DNA of 64,000 bases from positions 26,590 through 90,589 of the forward strand of contig JAZSDN010000042.1 in NCBI GenBank assembly GCA_045531205.1, in the 5' to 3' direction. The notes under the pieces are model-generated. The model saw nothing but the letters and a program-made list of their open reading frames with translations, was not told the origin of the DNA and did not search any database. This document shows positions 39,299-47,592 of this stretch, piece by piece. Origin of the DNA: Clostridia bacterium. GTDB lineage: Bacteria; Bacillota; Clostridia; UMGS1883; UMGS1540. Numbering within the stretch: position 1 is the first letter of the stretch; each line of letters begins with the position of its first letter. The position numbers were made by a program, and so were the translations under genes.

Positions 39299-40855
39299 CT
39301 AAAAAGCTTCAAGGCTTTTAAGTCTGTCATTATAACTTTCAGCCTTTTTTTCACTTATAATAATATCAGTTTCAATTTCGCAAGCCCTGAAAATTGCATC
39401 CTTCAAAAGCTTAAGATTATCTGCATCCAAAAGCTCACGGCATGTTACAAACTCATTGTGGTCTGCATATTCAAGACAAAGTCTTTCGTTTTCCTCCGAA
39501 AGAATGGCATTTTCAAGAGCAAACGCTACTTGCAAATGGTTTTCCGTAAGCAGAGAAGTTTTAATGTCTGCCCATTTACGCTTTATAGCATCCAATGTGC
39601 CAGAAGACTTTACCTCTTCTTTTTGCACTTTAGAAGCTTCCTTTTTAAATTCAGGTGCAGGCTTTTCTGCACTCTTTTGAGCTTTTGCAGGAGCCGGAGC
39701 AACACCTCGCTTAACCGCAAGCTCAAGCTCGCCTATTCTGGCCGCTAAAGCCGAAGGGTCTGCATCAAAAATGGGGTTTATCATTTTTATAACTGCAATT
39801 TCAAATAAAACCCTTGCGTTAAACGAAAACTTTGCCGCCGCAGCAGTTTCCGAAACAAGTCTTATAATATTTATAAGCTGTTCCTGCGAAAAAAGCTTTG
39901 ATACCGAAACAAATTTTTCAGCCTCTTCCTGCACCATGTCAAGCATTTTTGCGGCATCAGAGGTAAATTTGCATAAAAGCAGATTTCTTACATAGGCCGC
40001 AAAATCTTCAACAAACGAAGGGATATTTTTGCCCGAATCAACGTAATCTGTTATAACCTGCATTGCCTTTTCAGAGTCCTTCTCTGCAATAGCACAGGCA
40101 AGATAAGATAAAACTTCGGTATCAGTAACCCCTAAAAAAACAGAAATATCATCATAGGGAAGGTTACCGTCGCCAATAGCTCTGCACTGGTCTAAAATAC
40201 TTAAAGCATCACGCATCGAGCCGTCACCTTTTTCGGCAATAACACGAATACTTCTCGCATCAGGCTTTGCCCCTTCAGCTTGCATTATGCTTGTAAGCTG
40301 TTTTTCTATATCCGAGGTTGTAATTCTTTTAAAATCAAATCTCTGGCAACGCGAAAGAATGGTTGCAGGAACCTTATGAGCCTCTGTTGTTGCAAGAATA
40401 AATCTTACATGCTCTGGAGGCTCTTCCAATATCTTTAAAAGTGCATTAAAAGCACTTTGAGAAAGCATATGAACTTCGTCTATAATATAAACCTTGGTAT
40501 TAAGATGCGAGCCGCCAAAACGTGCCTCATCCCTTAAATCACGGATACTGTCAACACCTGTATTTGATGCAGCATCTATTTCGGTAATATCAAAAATCGA
40601 GCCGTCTAAAATCCCCTTGCAGTGCTCACATTCATTACAAGGATTTCCGTCTTGTGGATTTTGACAGTTTATTGCACGGCTTAAAATTCTTGCAGTAGAG
40701 GTTTTACCTGTACCGCGAAGACCGCAGAACAAATAGGCATGACCTACCCTTGATGACTTAACTTCGTTTTTAAGGGTTTTTGTAATATGCTCCTGCCCTA
40801 CAACCTGGTCAAAAATAAGCGGTCGCCATTTTCGGTATAATGCCTGATAAGCCAT
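39299..40855 (-). CDS. dnaX: DNA polymerase III subunits gamma/tau
   Basis: MAYQALYRKWRP N-terminus. Walker A GLRGTGKTS. Zinc module CQNPQDGNPCNECEHC. AAGGAGG RBS. Confidence 0.9.
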   Translation of the reverse strand: MAYQALYRKWRPLIFDQVVGQEHITKTLKNEVKSSRVGHAYLFCGLRGTGKTSTARILSRAINCQNPQDGNPCNECEHCKGILDGSIFDITEIDAASNTGVDSIRDLRDEARFGGSHLNTKVYIIDEVHMLSQSAFNALLKILEEPPEHVRFILATTEAHKVPATILSRCQRFDFKRITTSDIEKQLTSIMQAEGAKPDARSIRVIAEKGDGSMRDALSILDQCRAIGDGNLPYDDISVFLGVTDTEVLSYLACAIAEKDSEKAMQVITDYVDSGKNIPSFVEDFAAYVRNLLLCKFTSDAAKMLDMVQEEAEKFVSVSKLFSQEQLINIIRLVSETAAAAKFSFNARVLFEIAVIKMINPIFDADPSALAARIGELELAVKRGVAPAPAKAQKSAEKPAPEFKKEASKVQKEEVKSSGTLDAIKRKWADIKTSLLTENHLQVAFALENAILSEENERLCLEYADHNEFVTCRELLDADNLKLLKDAIFRACEIETDIIISEKKAESYNDRLKSLEAF

Positions 40856-40881
40856 ATTGGGTAAGCCTCCTTTGTAACTAA

Positions 40882-41152
40882 AATAAAAGTCGTACACCCC
40901 TTCTTCGAAATATTCCTACATACGGTTTCAATGCGGCTTGCTCTTGCCGGGCTGTCTTGCGGCACACACAGAATACCGCTTATCGCTGCTCGGTTCCCCG
41001 CCTGACGAGGTTCACGGGCCCATGTTGCGCAAGGACCGGCCGTCAACACCGCCCACAAAGGCCTGCTACACAGGAATACACCTTAGAAAGGGAGTTTGCC
41101 CCCGCTATAGCGGATTGCGGGTACAAGGCACCGCTAACTCCCCAGCTAGTAC
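40882..41152 (-). ncRNA. ffs: Signal recognition particle RNA (Bacillus-type long SRP RNA / scRNA)
   Basis: Minus-strand read GCGGTGCCTTGTACCCGCAATCCGCTATAGCGGGGGCAAACTCCC is close to B. subtilis scRNA. Domain IV is GTCAGGCGGGGAACCGAGCAGC with a GGAA tetraloop and AGCAGC. Length about 271 nt. Minus-strand promoter TTGAAT-17-TATAAT. Sits upstream of dnaX as in B. subtilis. The region is GC-rich in an AT-rich genome. Confidence 0.85.
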
Positions 41153-41216
41153 GACTTACTTATTATACACCATTTTTAAAATTTATTCAATATAAAAAAC
41201 AAAAAATTAAAAAAAA

Positions 41217-41245
41217 CTTGACAAAAGGCATTAAATTTAGTATAA
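41217..41245 (+). promoter_or_regulatory. Promoter for the tRNA locus (TTGACA-17-TATAAT)
   Basis: cTTGACAaaaggcattaaatttagTATAATaatg. Confidence 0.55.
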
Positions 41246-41263
41246 TAATGCCCGTAGCAAAAT

Positions 41264-41309
41264 AGGGGTATAGTTCAGCTGGTAGAGCAACGGTCTCCAA
41301 AACCCCGTG
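41264..41309 (+). pseudogene. Truncated tRNA-Trp-like fragment (5' acceptor, D arm and anticodon loop only)
   Basis: AGGGGTATAGTTCAGCTGGTAGAGCAACGGTCTCCAAAACC is nearly identical to the 5' half of the downstream tRNA-Trp, but the sequence after it has no T-arm or acceptor 3' strand. Confidence 0.6.
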
Positions 41310-41334
41310 CCTACAATTGAATATATTGCTCTTT

Positions 41335-41408
41335 AGGGGTATGATGTAATGGTAACATGCCGGTCTCCAAAACCGTTCTTGAGGGTTCGAGTCCTTCTAC
41401 CCCTGCCA
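41335..41408 (+). tRNA. trnW: tRNA-Trp (anticodon CCA)
   Basis: AGGGGTA...GGTCTCCAAAACC...GGTTCGAGTCC...TACCCCTGCCA. Anticodon loop is CU-CCA-AA. Closely resembles B. subtilis tRNA-Trp. CCA is encoded. Confidence 0.85.
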
Positions 41409-41416
41409 ATATATTT

Positions 41417-41445
41417 GGCTCAAACACTGGGTTTGAGCCATTTTT
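41417..41445 (+). terminator. Intrinsic terminator after tRNA-Trp (GGCTCAAACactggGTTTGAGCC ATTTTTT)
   Basis: Hairpin plus T-tract. Confidence 0.7.
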
Positions 41446-41808
41446 TATTGTCAAAACTCGAGAGCAGTAATCTTCAGTTTTTTGAGCATCAATTCTGATT
41501 TTCTTCGAAAATATTTCACGGCGCGTGGTCTTTTGATTCAGACATTTTTGCCCGAAATGAGCATCAATTTCGCATGCGGTCGCATCCGTTTCTAACGATT
41601 CCGTCTGCTACATCATCATTTTAGCATCACTTGATTTCGGCAATTCCGCCGATTTCGGTTGTAGAGAGCAATTCTGCGAGAATATTTTTAATTCTCGCAG
41701 ATATTTTTTTGTCCAAATACAATTCGGCTTTTCTTTGGTTACTGTATATTAAAATTTGATACACCCTGAGTTTAAATTCCCAGGGTGTATTTTGGTGTTT
41801 CAGATTCT

Positions 41809-43023
41809 TTATATTTCGAATCCATCTGTGATTCCATTCAGCCTTGAGGTGTCCTTCTTTACATAGTACATCTCAGTTATCTGTGATGTCGTGTGTCCGA
41901 GTATGTCTGCCACTTGCTTTGGGCTGAGTACTTTGATGCTACCATCAGGTTGTTTCACTCCGTTTACTAAGTTGGTTGCAAAGGTGTGCCTTAGCGAGTG
42001 CAGCCCTTTTCTTTCTATCCCTGCAGAATCCAGGATTCTATAGAATCTCTTTCGGAAGTTCACCGGCTTTGTGAAGTTGCCATGCTCATCGCATATCAGC
42101 GGCGTATCCTCTCCGAAGTAGTATTCTGCTCTAAGCTCTTTTATCGCCTCTATCGCGGCATCATTCAGTGGTGCGGTGCGATTGCTTGTCAGCGTCTTTG
42201 TTTTACCCACCTTGGCTGATTTTCCGCCTGTAGCTTTGGTGCCTTCTCGGTTGTATACTTCTTTCATCGAGTTTTGGATTTTCATTTGCCTTTTCTCGAT
42301 GTCGATATCTCGGTTATTTACCGCTAGTATCTCGCCAGGCCTTGCTCCTGTGTTGAGCATTAGGATATATGCGGCAGCTTGTTGGTGCTTTCGTTCTCCG
42401 TTTGAGTATGTGGCGTAGGCTTCTTCCTTGAACTTTTTGAGTTCATTCGGATCGAGTATGGTTATTGTCTCGCATTCAGGCAGTAGTTCCTTACCTTGTG
42501 CTGACAGGAAGTTTGGCTTTTTTATCATTTCCACATTATCCATTGGGTTCTTGCTTATCATTGCTTCGAGGTACATTGTCCTGAAGTATTCGTTTAGGAG
42601 TACATAGGCTTTCTTTACTGTTGAGAAGGATAATCCTTTGTTCATCCAGTGATTCAGCAGATTTTTTATATCCGCTGCTACGATGTCACCGACTACCTTA
42701 TCTCCGAGTATGGGATATACCTGATTTATTGCCGTACATTCGCATCTGTCGTATGTCGTTTGTTCTACTGCAGGGAATTTGAATATCTCAAGCCAATTCT
42801 GCATGCTGTCCTTGAGCAATTTCTTGCTTTCGTCAGACAGTTCGACCTGATTCTCGAATTCCGCAATGTAGGCGGTGATTTTCTTGTTGGCTTCCTGTTT
42901 GGTAGTTCCTGAGAAGGATTTCCTTTTGCGGTTGCCTTGCTCGTCCATGTACCATACGACTCCGCCCCAACGACCGTCTGTTCTTTTGAACACATTTCCG
43001 TTTGTAAGTAGCTTTCTCTGCAT
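41809..43023 (-). CDS. int: Tyrosine site-specific integrase (phage/ICE-type) adjacent to tRNA-Trp
   Basis: HSLRHTFATNLV and LGHTTSQITEMYY catalytic motifs. ATG at 43023 with AAAGGAAG RBS. The ORF-track N-terminal extension is probably spurious. Confidence 0.85.
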   Translation of the reverse strand: MQRKLLTNGNVFKRTDGRWGGVVWYMDEQGNRKRKSFSGTTKQEANKKITAYIAEFENQVELSDESKKLLKDSMQNWLEIFKFPAVEQTTYDRCECTAINQVYPILGDKVVGDIVAADIKNLLNHWMNKGLSFSTVKKAYVLLNEYFRTMYLEAMISKNPMDNVEMIKKPNFLSAQGKELLPECETITILDPNELKKFKEEAYATYSNGERKHQQAAAYILMLNTGARPGEILAVNNRDIDIEKRQMKIQNSMKEVYNREGTKATGGKSAKVGKTKTLTSNRTAPLNDAAIEAIKELRAEYYFGEDTPLICDEHGNFTKPVNFRKRFYRILDSAGIERKGLHSLRHTFATNLVNGVKQPDGSIKVLSPKQVADILGHTTSQITEMYYVKKDTSRLNGITDGFEI

Positions 43024-43213
43024 TATCTCACTTCCTTTATTTTGTATTACCATTTTGGCAACACAAACAATACCGTAAAGACCGTTACAAGTCAAGCGGT
43101 TTTGGCAAACAAATCTGCAAAGAATTTCAAAAGACATATAACAGTAATTTTATTGATATATAGTAAAAATTAAAGCTGTTTTATTTTGTGATGGTATTAT
43201 CATTAAAAAAATA

Positions 43214-44617
43214 GGCTCTATAATAAAAGTTGGGGTAACCAAGTAGAGCCTACGAAAAAATAATAAAAAAGGTAGAGCATATTTGGAAGAAATCCGTTAA
43301 AATGGAAATGACGAGTAACCATGAACGGAGAACCAAATATGCTCTACAAACATTTTACAGAAAAACTTCTCGGATTGCAAGGGTTAAATATCACAAATAT
43401 CGAGGAAAACGAAAAAAACATCTCAATATACGCAGAGTTGGAACGAAAAGAACATATATGTATCTGTTGCGGAGCGGTAACGGATATGATTCACGACTAC
43501 TGCACACAAGTAATCAAAGACATCTCGGCTTTCGGCAAGCTTGTAAATATCGTTTTACGAAAGCGAAGGTATCGATGTACTTGCTGTGGTAAAAGATTTT
43601 TTGAAGAAAATACATTTCTTCCTAAATATCATAGAATGACTAATCGTCTTGCAGCTTTTGTGATAGATAAACTCCGCGATGAACGCTCTTTCACAAGTGT
43701 AGCAAAAGAGGTTAACCTTTCGGTATCTACTGTTATCCGTATGTTTGATATCATCTCTTATCCTAAAGCCAAACTGAATACAGCTTTATCCGTTGACGAA
43801 TTTAAAGGAAACACAAACGGCGAAAAATACCAATGCATTTTAACAGATCCTATCAACAAGGTTGTTTTAGATATATTACCCGAGCGATACGGACACTATT
43901 TAACCAAATACTTTAAAAGCATACCACGAGAGGAACGGAAACAAGTAAAATACTTCGTAAGTGATATGTGGAGAACATATGCCGATACTGCCAATGTATG
44001 GTTTAAAGATGCAACTCTGATAATAGATAAATACCACTGGATAAGGCAAGCTATATGGGCATTTGAAAACATCCGAAAAAAAGAGCAAAAGAATCTTAGT
44101 CCCGAGCTTCGCAAATATTTCAAACGATCAAAGTCTCTGCTGATAAAGCGATATGATAAGCTCAAAGAAGAGCAAAGACAACAGGTTGATGTGATGCTTT
44201 ACTATTCTGCAAACATAAGCCGCGCTTATTGGTACAAAGAAGAATTCTTGAAAATATTAACTCACAAAGAACCGGAATTAGCTCAAAATGCATTGGCAGA
44301 ATGGGTGAAAAACGCGGAGCATTGCGGAATATTGCCGTTTGAAAAATGTGCTGATACTATTCGCAATTGGTATACAGGTATCACAAACTCTTTTTCTACC
44401 TCAATCACCAACGGCTTTACTGAAGGCTGTAACAACAAGATTAAAGTTCTTAAACGTAACGCGTACGGTTACAAGAATTTCAATAGATTCAGAAACCGTA
44501 TTTTACATATATTTTCCCATCAGCAGCTTCATAATCAACAAGCAGTCGTCTGATGACGACTGCCTGCCTAATCACTTTTTCATTTTAACTCTTTACCCCA
44601 ACTATTGACAAAGAGCC
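43214..44617 (+). mobile_element. ISL3-family insertion sequence (1404 bp) with imperfect 25-bp terminal inverted repeats and 8-bp target-site duplication AAAAAATA
   Basis: IRL GGCTCTATAATAAAAGTTGGGGTAA (43214-) against the reverse complement of IRR GGCTCTTTGTCAATAGTTGGGGTAA (ends 44617). Flanking 8-bp direct repeats AAAAAATA at 43206-43213 and 44618-44625. Confidence 0.8.
43339..44553 (+). CDS. tnp: ISL3-family transposase
   Basis: N-terminal zinc-finger ICICCGAVTDMIHDY...RYRCTCCGKRF. DDE_Tnp_ISL3-like body (DEFKGNTNGEKYQCILTD). Confidence 0.85.
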   Translation: MLYKHFTEKLLGLQGLNITNIEENEKNISIYAELERKEHICICCGAVTDMIHDYCTQVIKDISAFGKLVNIVLRKRRYRCTCCGKRFFEENTFLPKYHRMTNRLAAFVIDKLRDERSFTSVAKEVNLSVSTVIRMFDIISYPKAKLNTALSVDEFKGNTNGEKYQCILTDPINKVVLDILPERYGHYLTKYFKSIPREERKQVKYFVSDMWRTYADTANVWFKDATLIIDKYHWIRQAIWAFENIRKKEQKNLSPELRKYFKRSKSLLIKRYDKLKEEQRQQVDVMLYYSANISRAYWYKEEFLKILTHKEPELAQNALAEWVKNAEHCGILPFEKCADTIRNWYTGITNSFSTSITNGFTEGCNNKIKVLKRNAYGYKNFNRFRNRILHIFSHQQLHNQQAVV

Positions 44618-44658
44618 AAAAAATAAAAGCATAGCGCAGTTAATAAAAATTAACTTTA

Positions 44659-44871
44659 CTATACTTTAATTTTTAGCACGATTTTTAAAAATTTTTTGGT
44701 AACAGTTTTTATTGAAATGCCCGTTTTTAAGGGCATTTCAAGCGGCTCATAAAATGAACATTTTCCGTTTTTCCAACAGCTTATATACGGACAAGCTTCT
44801 GATCGCTTGTCCAGTTCGTAACTATCTTTACCTGTTTTGCATCTTGGACATATCTGTTTTTTCCAAATCAT
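44659..44871 (-). CDS. Small zinc-ribbon hypothetical protein
   Basis: MIWKKQICPRCKTGKDSYELDKRSEACPYISCWKNGKC. GGAGG RBS. ATG at 44871. Confidence 0.4.
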   Translation of the reverse strand: MIWKKQICPRCKTGKDSYELDKRSEACPYISCWKNGKCSFYEPLEMPLKTGISIKTVTKKFLKIVLKIKV

Positions 44872-45043
44872 ATCGCCGCCTCCTTTGCTGTTAATTTTCA
44901 AGGTTACCTTTCATCATCCCGACCTGCAACTGCTAACGCACAGTACATTGCTACAACAGAAAAAACTGCAACTATTCCAGCTATGATTCCAATAATAGTT
45001 TTCATAAATCTTGTCCTTTCTTTTTCAATTTTCTCTATTGTGC

Positions 45044-45625
45044 TTAGCTCTGGTCAGCATTTTTATTGCAAAATAGAGTAACTCGTGTTTTTCCACTATA
45101 TGTACAAGTATAGAGTACTAAATCATATCCACTATTTTGAACTTTCTCAACATCAGTTGGTTTTAGTACTTCCATTCTCGCAACACTATATGTATGCTTA
45201 TTCTTGCTTGTGTCTGTGAGAATGATTTCATCACCTATGTTGAGACTAGAGAGATTCCCAAAATGTTTTTTATAGTTATGAGCTGCAATTACTATATCGT
45301 CTGTATTGATACTACCAAATTGACGACATGGAGCAATTTTCAAACGCGCATAATCCCATTCTGATAACACGGGTAATTCTATTTCTATTTTAGGAATTTC
45401 AATAAATCCAATGTATTCATAACCATTTATATCAATTGTTATCTCATCGGAATCATTAGTTTCGTTATTATTCAGTTCACTGTTTTCCAAAGCACTCAAT
45501 ACATTCTCAGTTTCCTTATAAGACTGTTGTTCCTGATAATTATTATATAAAAATAGGCTTAGTGCTGAACAAATCAGCACTAAGCCAAATATAACAAATA
45601 TAGTGCCTATCCTACGAATATTCAT
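45044..45625 (-). CDS. srt: Sortase (transpeptidase) with N-terminal membrane anchor
   Basis: Catalytic TLxTC motif (LVLYTCTYSG). His in IAAHNYKKHFG. Arg in KTRVTLF. N-terminal TM IGTIFVIFGLVLICSAL. Start overlaps the stop of the upstream substrate gene. Confidence 0.8.
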   Translation of the reverse strand: MNIRRIGTIFVIFGLVLICSALSLFLYNNYQEQQSYKETENVLSALENSELNNNETNDSDEITIDINGYEYIGFIEIPKIEIELPVLSEWDYARLKIAPCRQFGSINTDDIVIAAHNYKKHFGNLSSLNIGDEIILTDTSKNKHTYSVARMEVLKPTDVEKVQNSGYDLVLYTCTYSGKTRVTLFCNKNADQS

Positions 45626-47004
45626 TATGATTTTTTCCTTTTTTTTAGTATAAGAAATAGGCCAGAAAGAAGGATAAGAAGACCTATTCCACCCAAAACA
45701 GGAATCGGCCAATTTAATTGTCCGGTTTGGATCAAAATGGCACTATTAGTTATATTTACTACATCGCCTGTTACTTTATAATACGGTGTGTATCCCTTCG
45801 GAATATTGACTTCTACAACCTTCCAATCTCCATGAGGGGAAAGATTATCCCATGTGTATGTCCAATTATTCCATTCTCCTAAATGTACTGTTTCGATTCC
45901 TTCTGCGCCGTTATATAGCTGAACAGTTACGCTGTCAGGTCTGTTACCTTCATCACTGTCATTCCATATCTTATTTACTGTCAGCTTTACAGGTTCTCCT
46001 TCATCTGGCACCGAAACCTCTGGCGGTGTATCAGTACCAGGTTCAGGATCATTTATAGGAGGATTATCTTCCTTTACATCGGGATCATCTTTGGGATCAG
46101 TTCCGGGCTTATCTTCCGGATCCTCTTCAGGTGGATTTGGTGGTTTTGGTGTATCAGACTTTTCAACATTGGTTATTATTGTTGTATTTCCGGTTGTCGA
46201 ATACTTCGCAGTATAACCATCCGGAACATCTGCTTCTTTTACACTCCATTTTGCCAACCTGCTTAATTTACTCCATGTGTACATCCATTGATTTTCTGCA
46301 TTTAATTCAATTGTTTCGTGGACTTTACCATTTTTGAGGAGGTTAACTGTAATGCTTTCTGGTCTGTCTTTACCGTCATCTTCCCAGAGTTTTCTAACGG
46401 TTAATTGACTGTTGTTTGTAGATGGTCCTGATGGTCGGTCGAATGCTTCGACAACGAAAATCCAATCAACCTCTCCTATTCTGTTAGCATAACGATTATC
46501 CAATTCTATAGGAACAGTTAATTCAACTTTTATCGTAGTAGATTCATTTCGATTAAACTGTCCCAATAAAGTGTTCTCAGATAGTTGGTTTTCCTTATCA
46601 GGTGAACCTTCGAAAATCAGTTTATCGCCATTCCATACTTTCATGGAAAGTTGCGAGAGAAAATCGTTCATAGACTCCAAAGTTTCTTCACCATTTACAA
46701 CTATCTCGCTGATAGGATTACTTTCATCATGTGATTTTGCTCGAATATATACCTTTATGTAGTCACAATCCGTTGCAGTGTTTTTTACAGTTATAGTTTC
46801 TGTTAAAACATCACCCGGCATTACGTTTTTGAAGTTCCGGAAGAGGTCTGTTTGTGAATAAATGCTTCCTGCACCAAAGTCGAACAAATCCTTTTTTCCT
46901 TTGTATGCAATCGTATGATTTTCCGCAAAAACAGGCAAGACAAAATTTAATGTCAAGACAAATGTAAGCAGAAAATATAACATTCTTTTACTTTTTAAAT
47001 GCAT
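45625..47004 (-). CDS. Surface protein: TasA-like N-terminal domain, two CnaB-type domains, and a C-terminal sorting signal with non-canonical LIQTG motif
   Basis: Sec signal ...VLPVFAENH. FRNFKNVMPGDVLTETITVKN resembles the TasA PGD motif region. Two LTVRKLWEDDGKDRPESITVNLLKNG...YTAKY and KLTVNKIWNDSDEGNRPDSVTVQLYNG...YTPYY CnaB repeats. C-terminus is LIQTGQLNWPIPVLGGIGLLILLSGLFLILKKRKKS (motif, hydrophobic stretch, basic tail). Confidence 0.7.
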   Translation of the reverse strand: MHLKSKRMLYFLLTFVLTLNFVLPVFAENHTIAYKGKKDLFDFGAGSIYSQTDLFRNFKNVMPGDVLTETITVKNTATDCDYIKVYIRAKSHDESNPISEIVVNGEETLESMNDFLSQLSMKVWNGDKLIFEGSPDKENQLSENTLLGQFNRNESTTIKVELTVPIELDNRYANRIGEVDWIFVVEAFDRPSGPSTNNSQLTVRKLWEDDGKDRPESITVNLLKNGKVHETIELNAENQWMYTWSKLSRLAKWSVKEADVPDGYTAKYSTTGNTTIITNVEKSDTPKPPNPPEEDPEDKPGTDPKDDPDVKEDNPPINDPEPGTDTPPEVSVPDEGEPVKLTVNKIWNDSDEGNRPDSVTVQLYNGAEGIETVHLGEWNNWTYTWDNLSPHGDWKVVEVNIPKGYTPYYKVTGDVVNITNSAILIQTGQLNWPIPVLGGIGLLILLSGLFLILKKRKKS

Positions 47005-47016
47005 TTTATTTCCTCC

Positions 47017-47592
47017 TTACTTACTTATCTGACCGTTGGTAACTGTTACACCCCAACTACTTTCTACTGCCTTTGTGGGTTTGCTTTGTATTGCAGATGC
47101 TAGGATTTCCACGCTAAGGCCGTAACCTTCCAAACCGCTTCCTTTAATGCTACAGTTTTCAATTAAAACTCCCGTTTCCTTCTGAGGAGAAACTGGCTTA
47201 GTGTAATAATAAAATCCATTTTTCTCAAGCCAGTCAGAATTATTTATGGTAATTGTATAATCCTTATCCTTTTGAGGCTCCATAGCGTATACATTACCTG
47301 CAGAATCTTTCCATGTTACAATTATAGCAGCACGAATGTAACTTTCTGTATCTCCGGTATTTAATACACGTACATTTGATTTGTCTACACTTGTACCATT
47401 TATAAATTTCTCTTCTACAACCTCACAAGCAACATTGGAATAATTAAAAGTGTTTTTTACTGAATCCGTCCGTGTAACTAAAAATGCCAATGTAGAGCCT
47501 GCCACAGCAGCAAAAATCGAAACTAATACAACGAGTATTATGCTTTTATTAAATCTTTGTTGTCTTCTTCTTGCGTGTTTGCCTCTACTCAT
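47017..47592 (-). CDS. TasA/camelysin-like protein with SipW-cognate-type signal peptide (fifth paralog)
   Basis: Signal ...FAAVAGSTLAFLVTRTDSVKNTF resembles the SipW-cognate class (GGT-x-A-[YF]-x-TD). Start overlaps the giant protein stop by 8 nt. Confidence 0.55.
   Translation of the reverse strand: MSRGKHARRRQQRFNKSIILVVLVSIFAAVAGSTLAFLVTRTDSVKNTFNYSNVACEVVEEKFINGTSVDKSNVRVLNTGDTESYIRAAIIVTWKDSAGNVYAMEPQKDKDYTITINNSDWLEKNGFYYYTKPVSPQKETGVLIENCSIKGSGLEGYGLSVEILASAIQSKPTKAVESSWGVTVTNGQISK

Noticed and set aside
41264-41309. Possibility that the first tRNA-like sequence is a second complete tRNA gene.
   Set aside because: No T-arm (GTTCGA-type loop) or acceptor 3' strand follows the anticodon stem. 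Only the 5' 46 nt are tRNA-like.
43024-43137. N-terminal extension of the island integrase (MSFEILCRF...) given in the ORF track.
   Set aside because: It appears to use a non-ATG start, lacks an RBS, and the internal ATG at 43023 has a good RBS and matches integrase N-termini. The same reasoning gives internal starts for the TetR, sortase, purD, purC, permease and relaxase genes.
43302-43592. 96-aa ORF overlapping the 5' end of the ISL3 transposase in another frame.
   Set aside because: The transposase frame carries the conserved ISL3 zinc-finger N-terminus. The overlapping ORF has no support.
44714-44740. Hairpin GAAATGCCCGTTTTTAAGGGCATTTC as an intrinsic terminator.
   Set aside because: No U-tract follows on either strand, and it lies within the C-terminal coding region of the small zinc-ribbon ORF.
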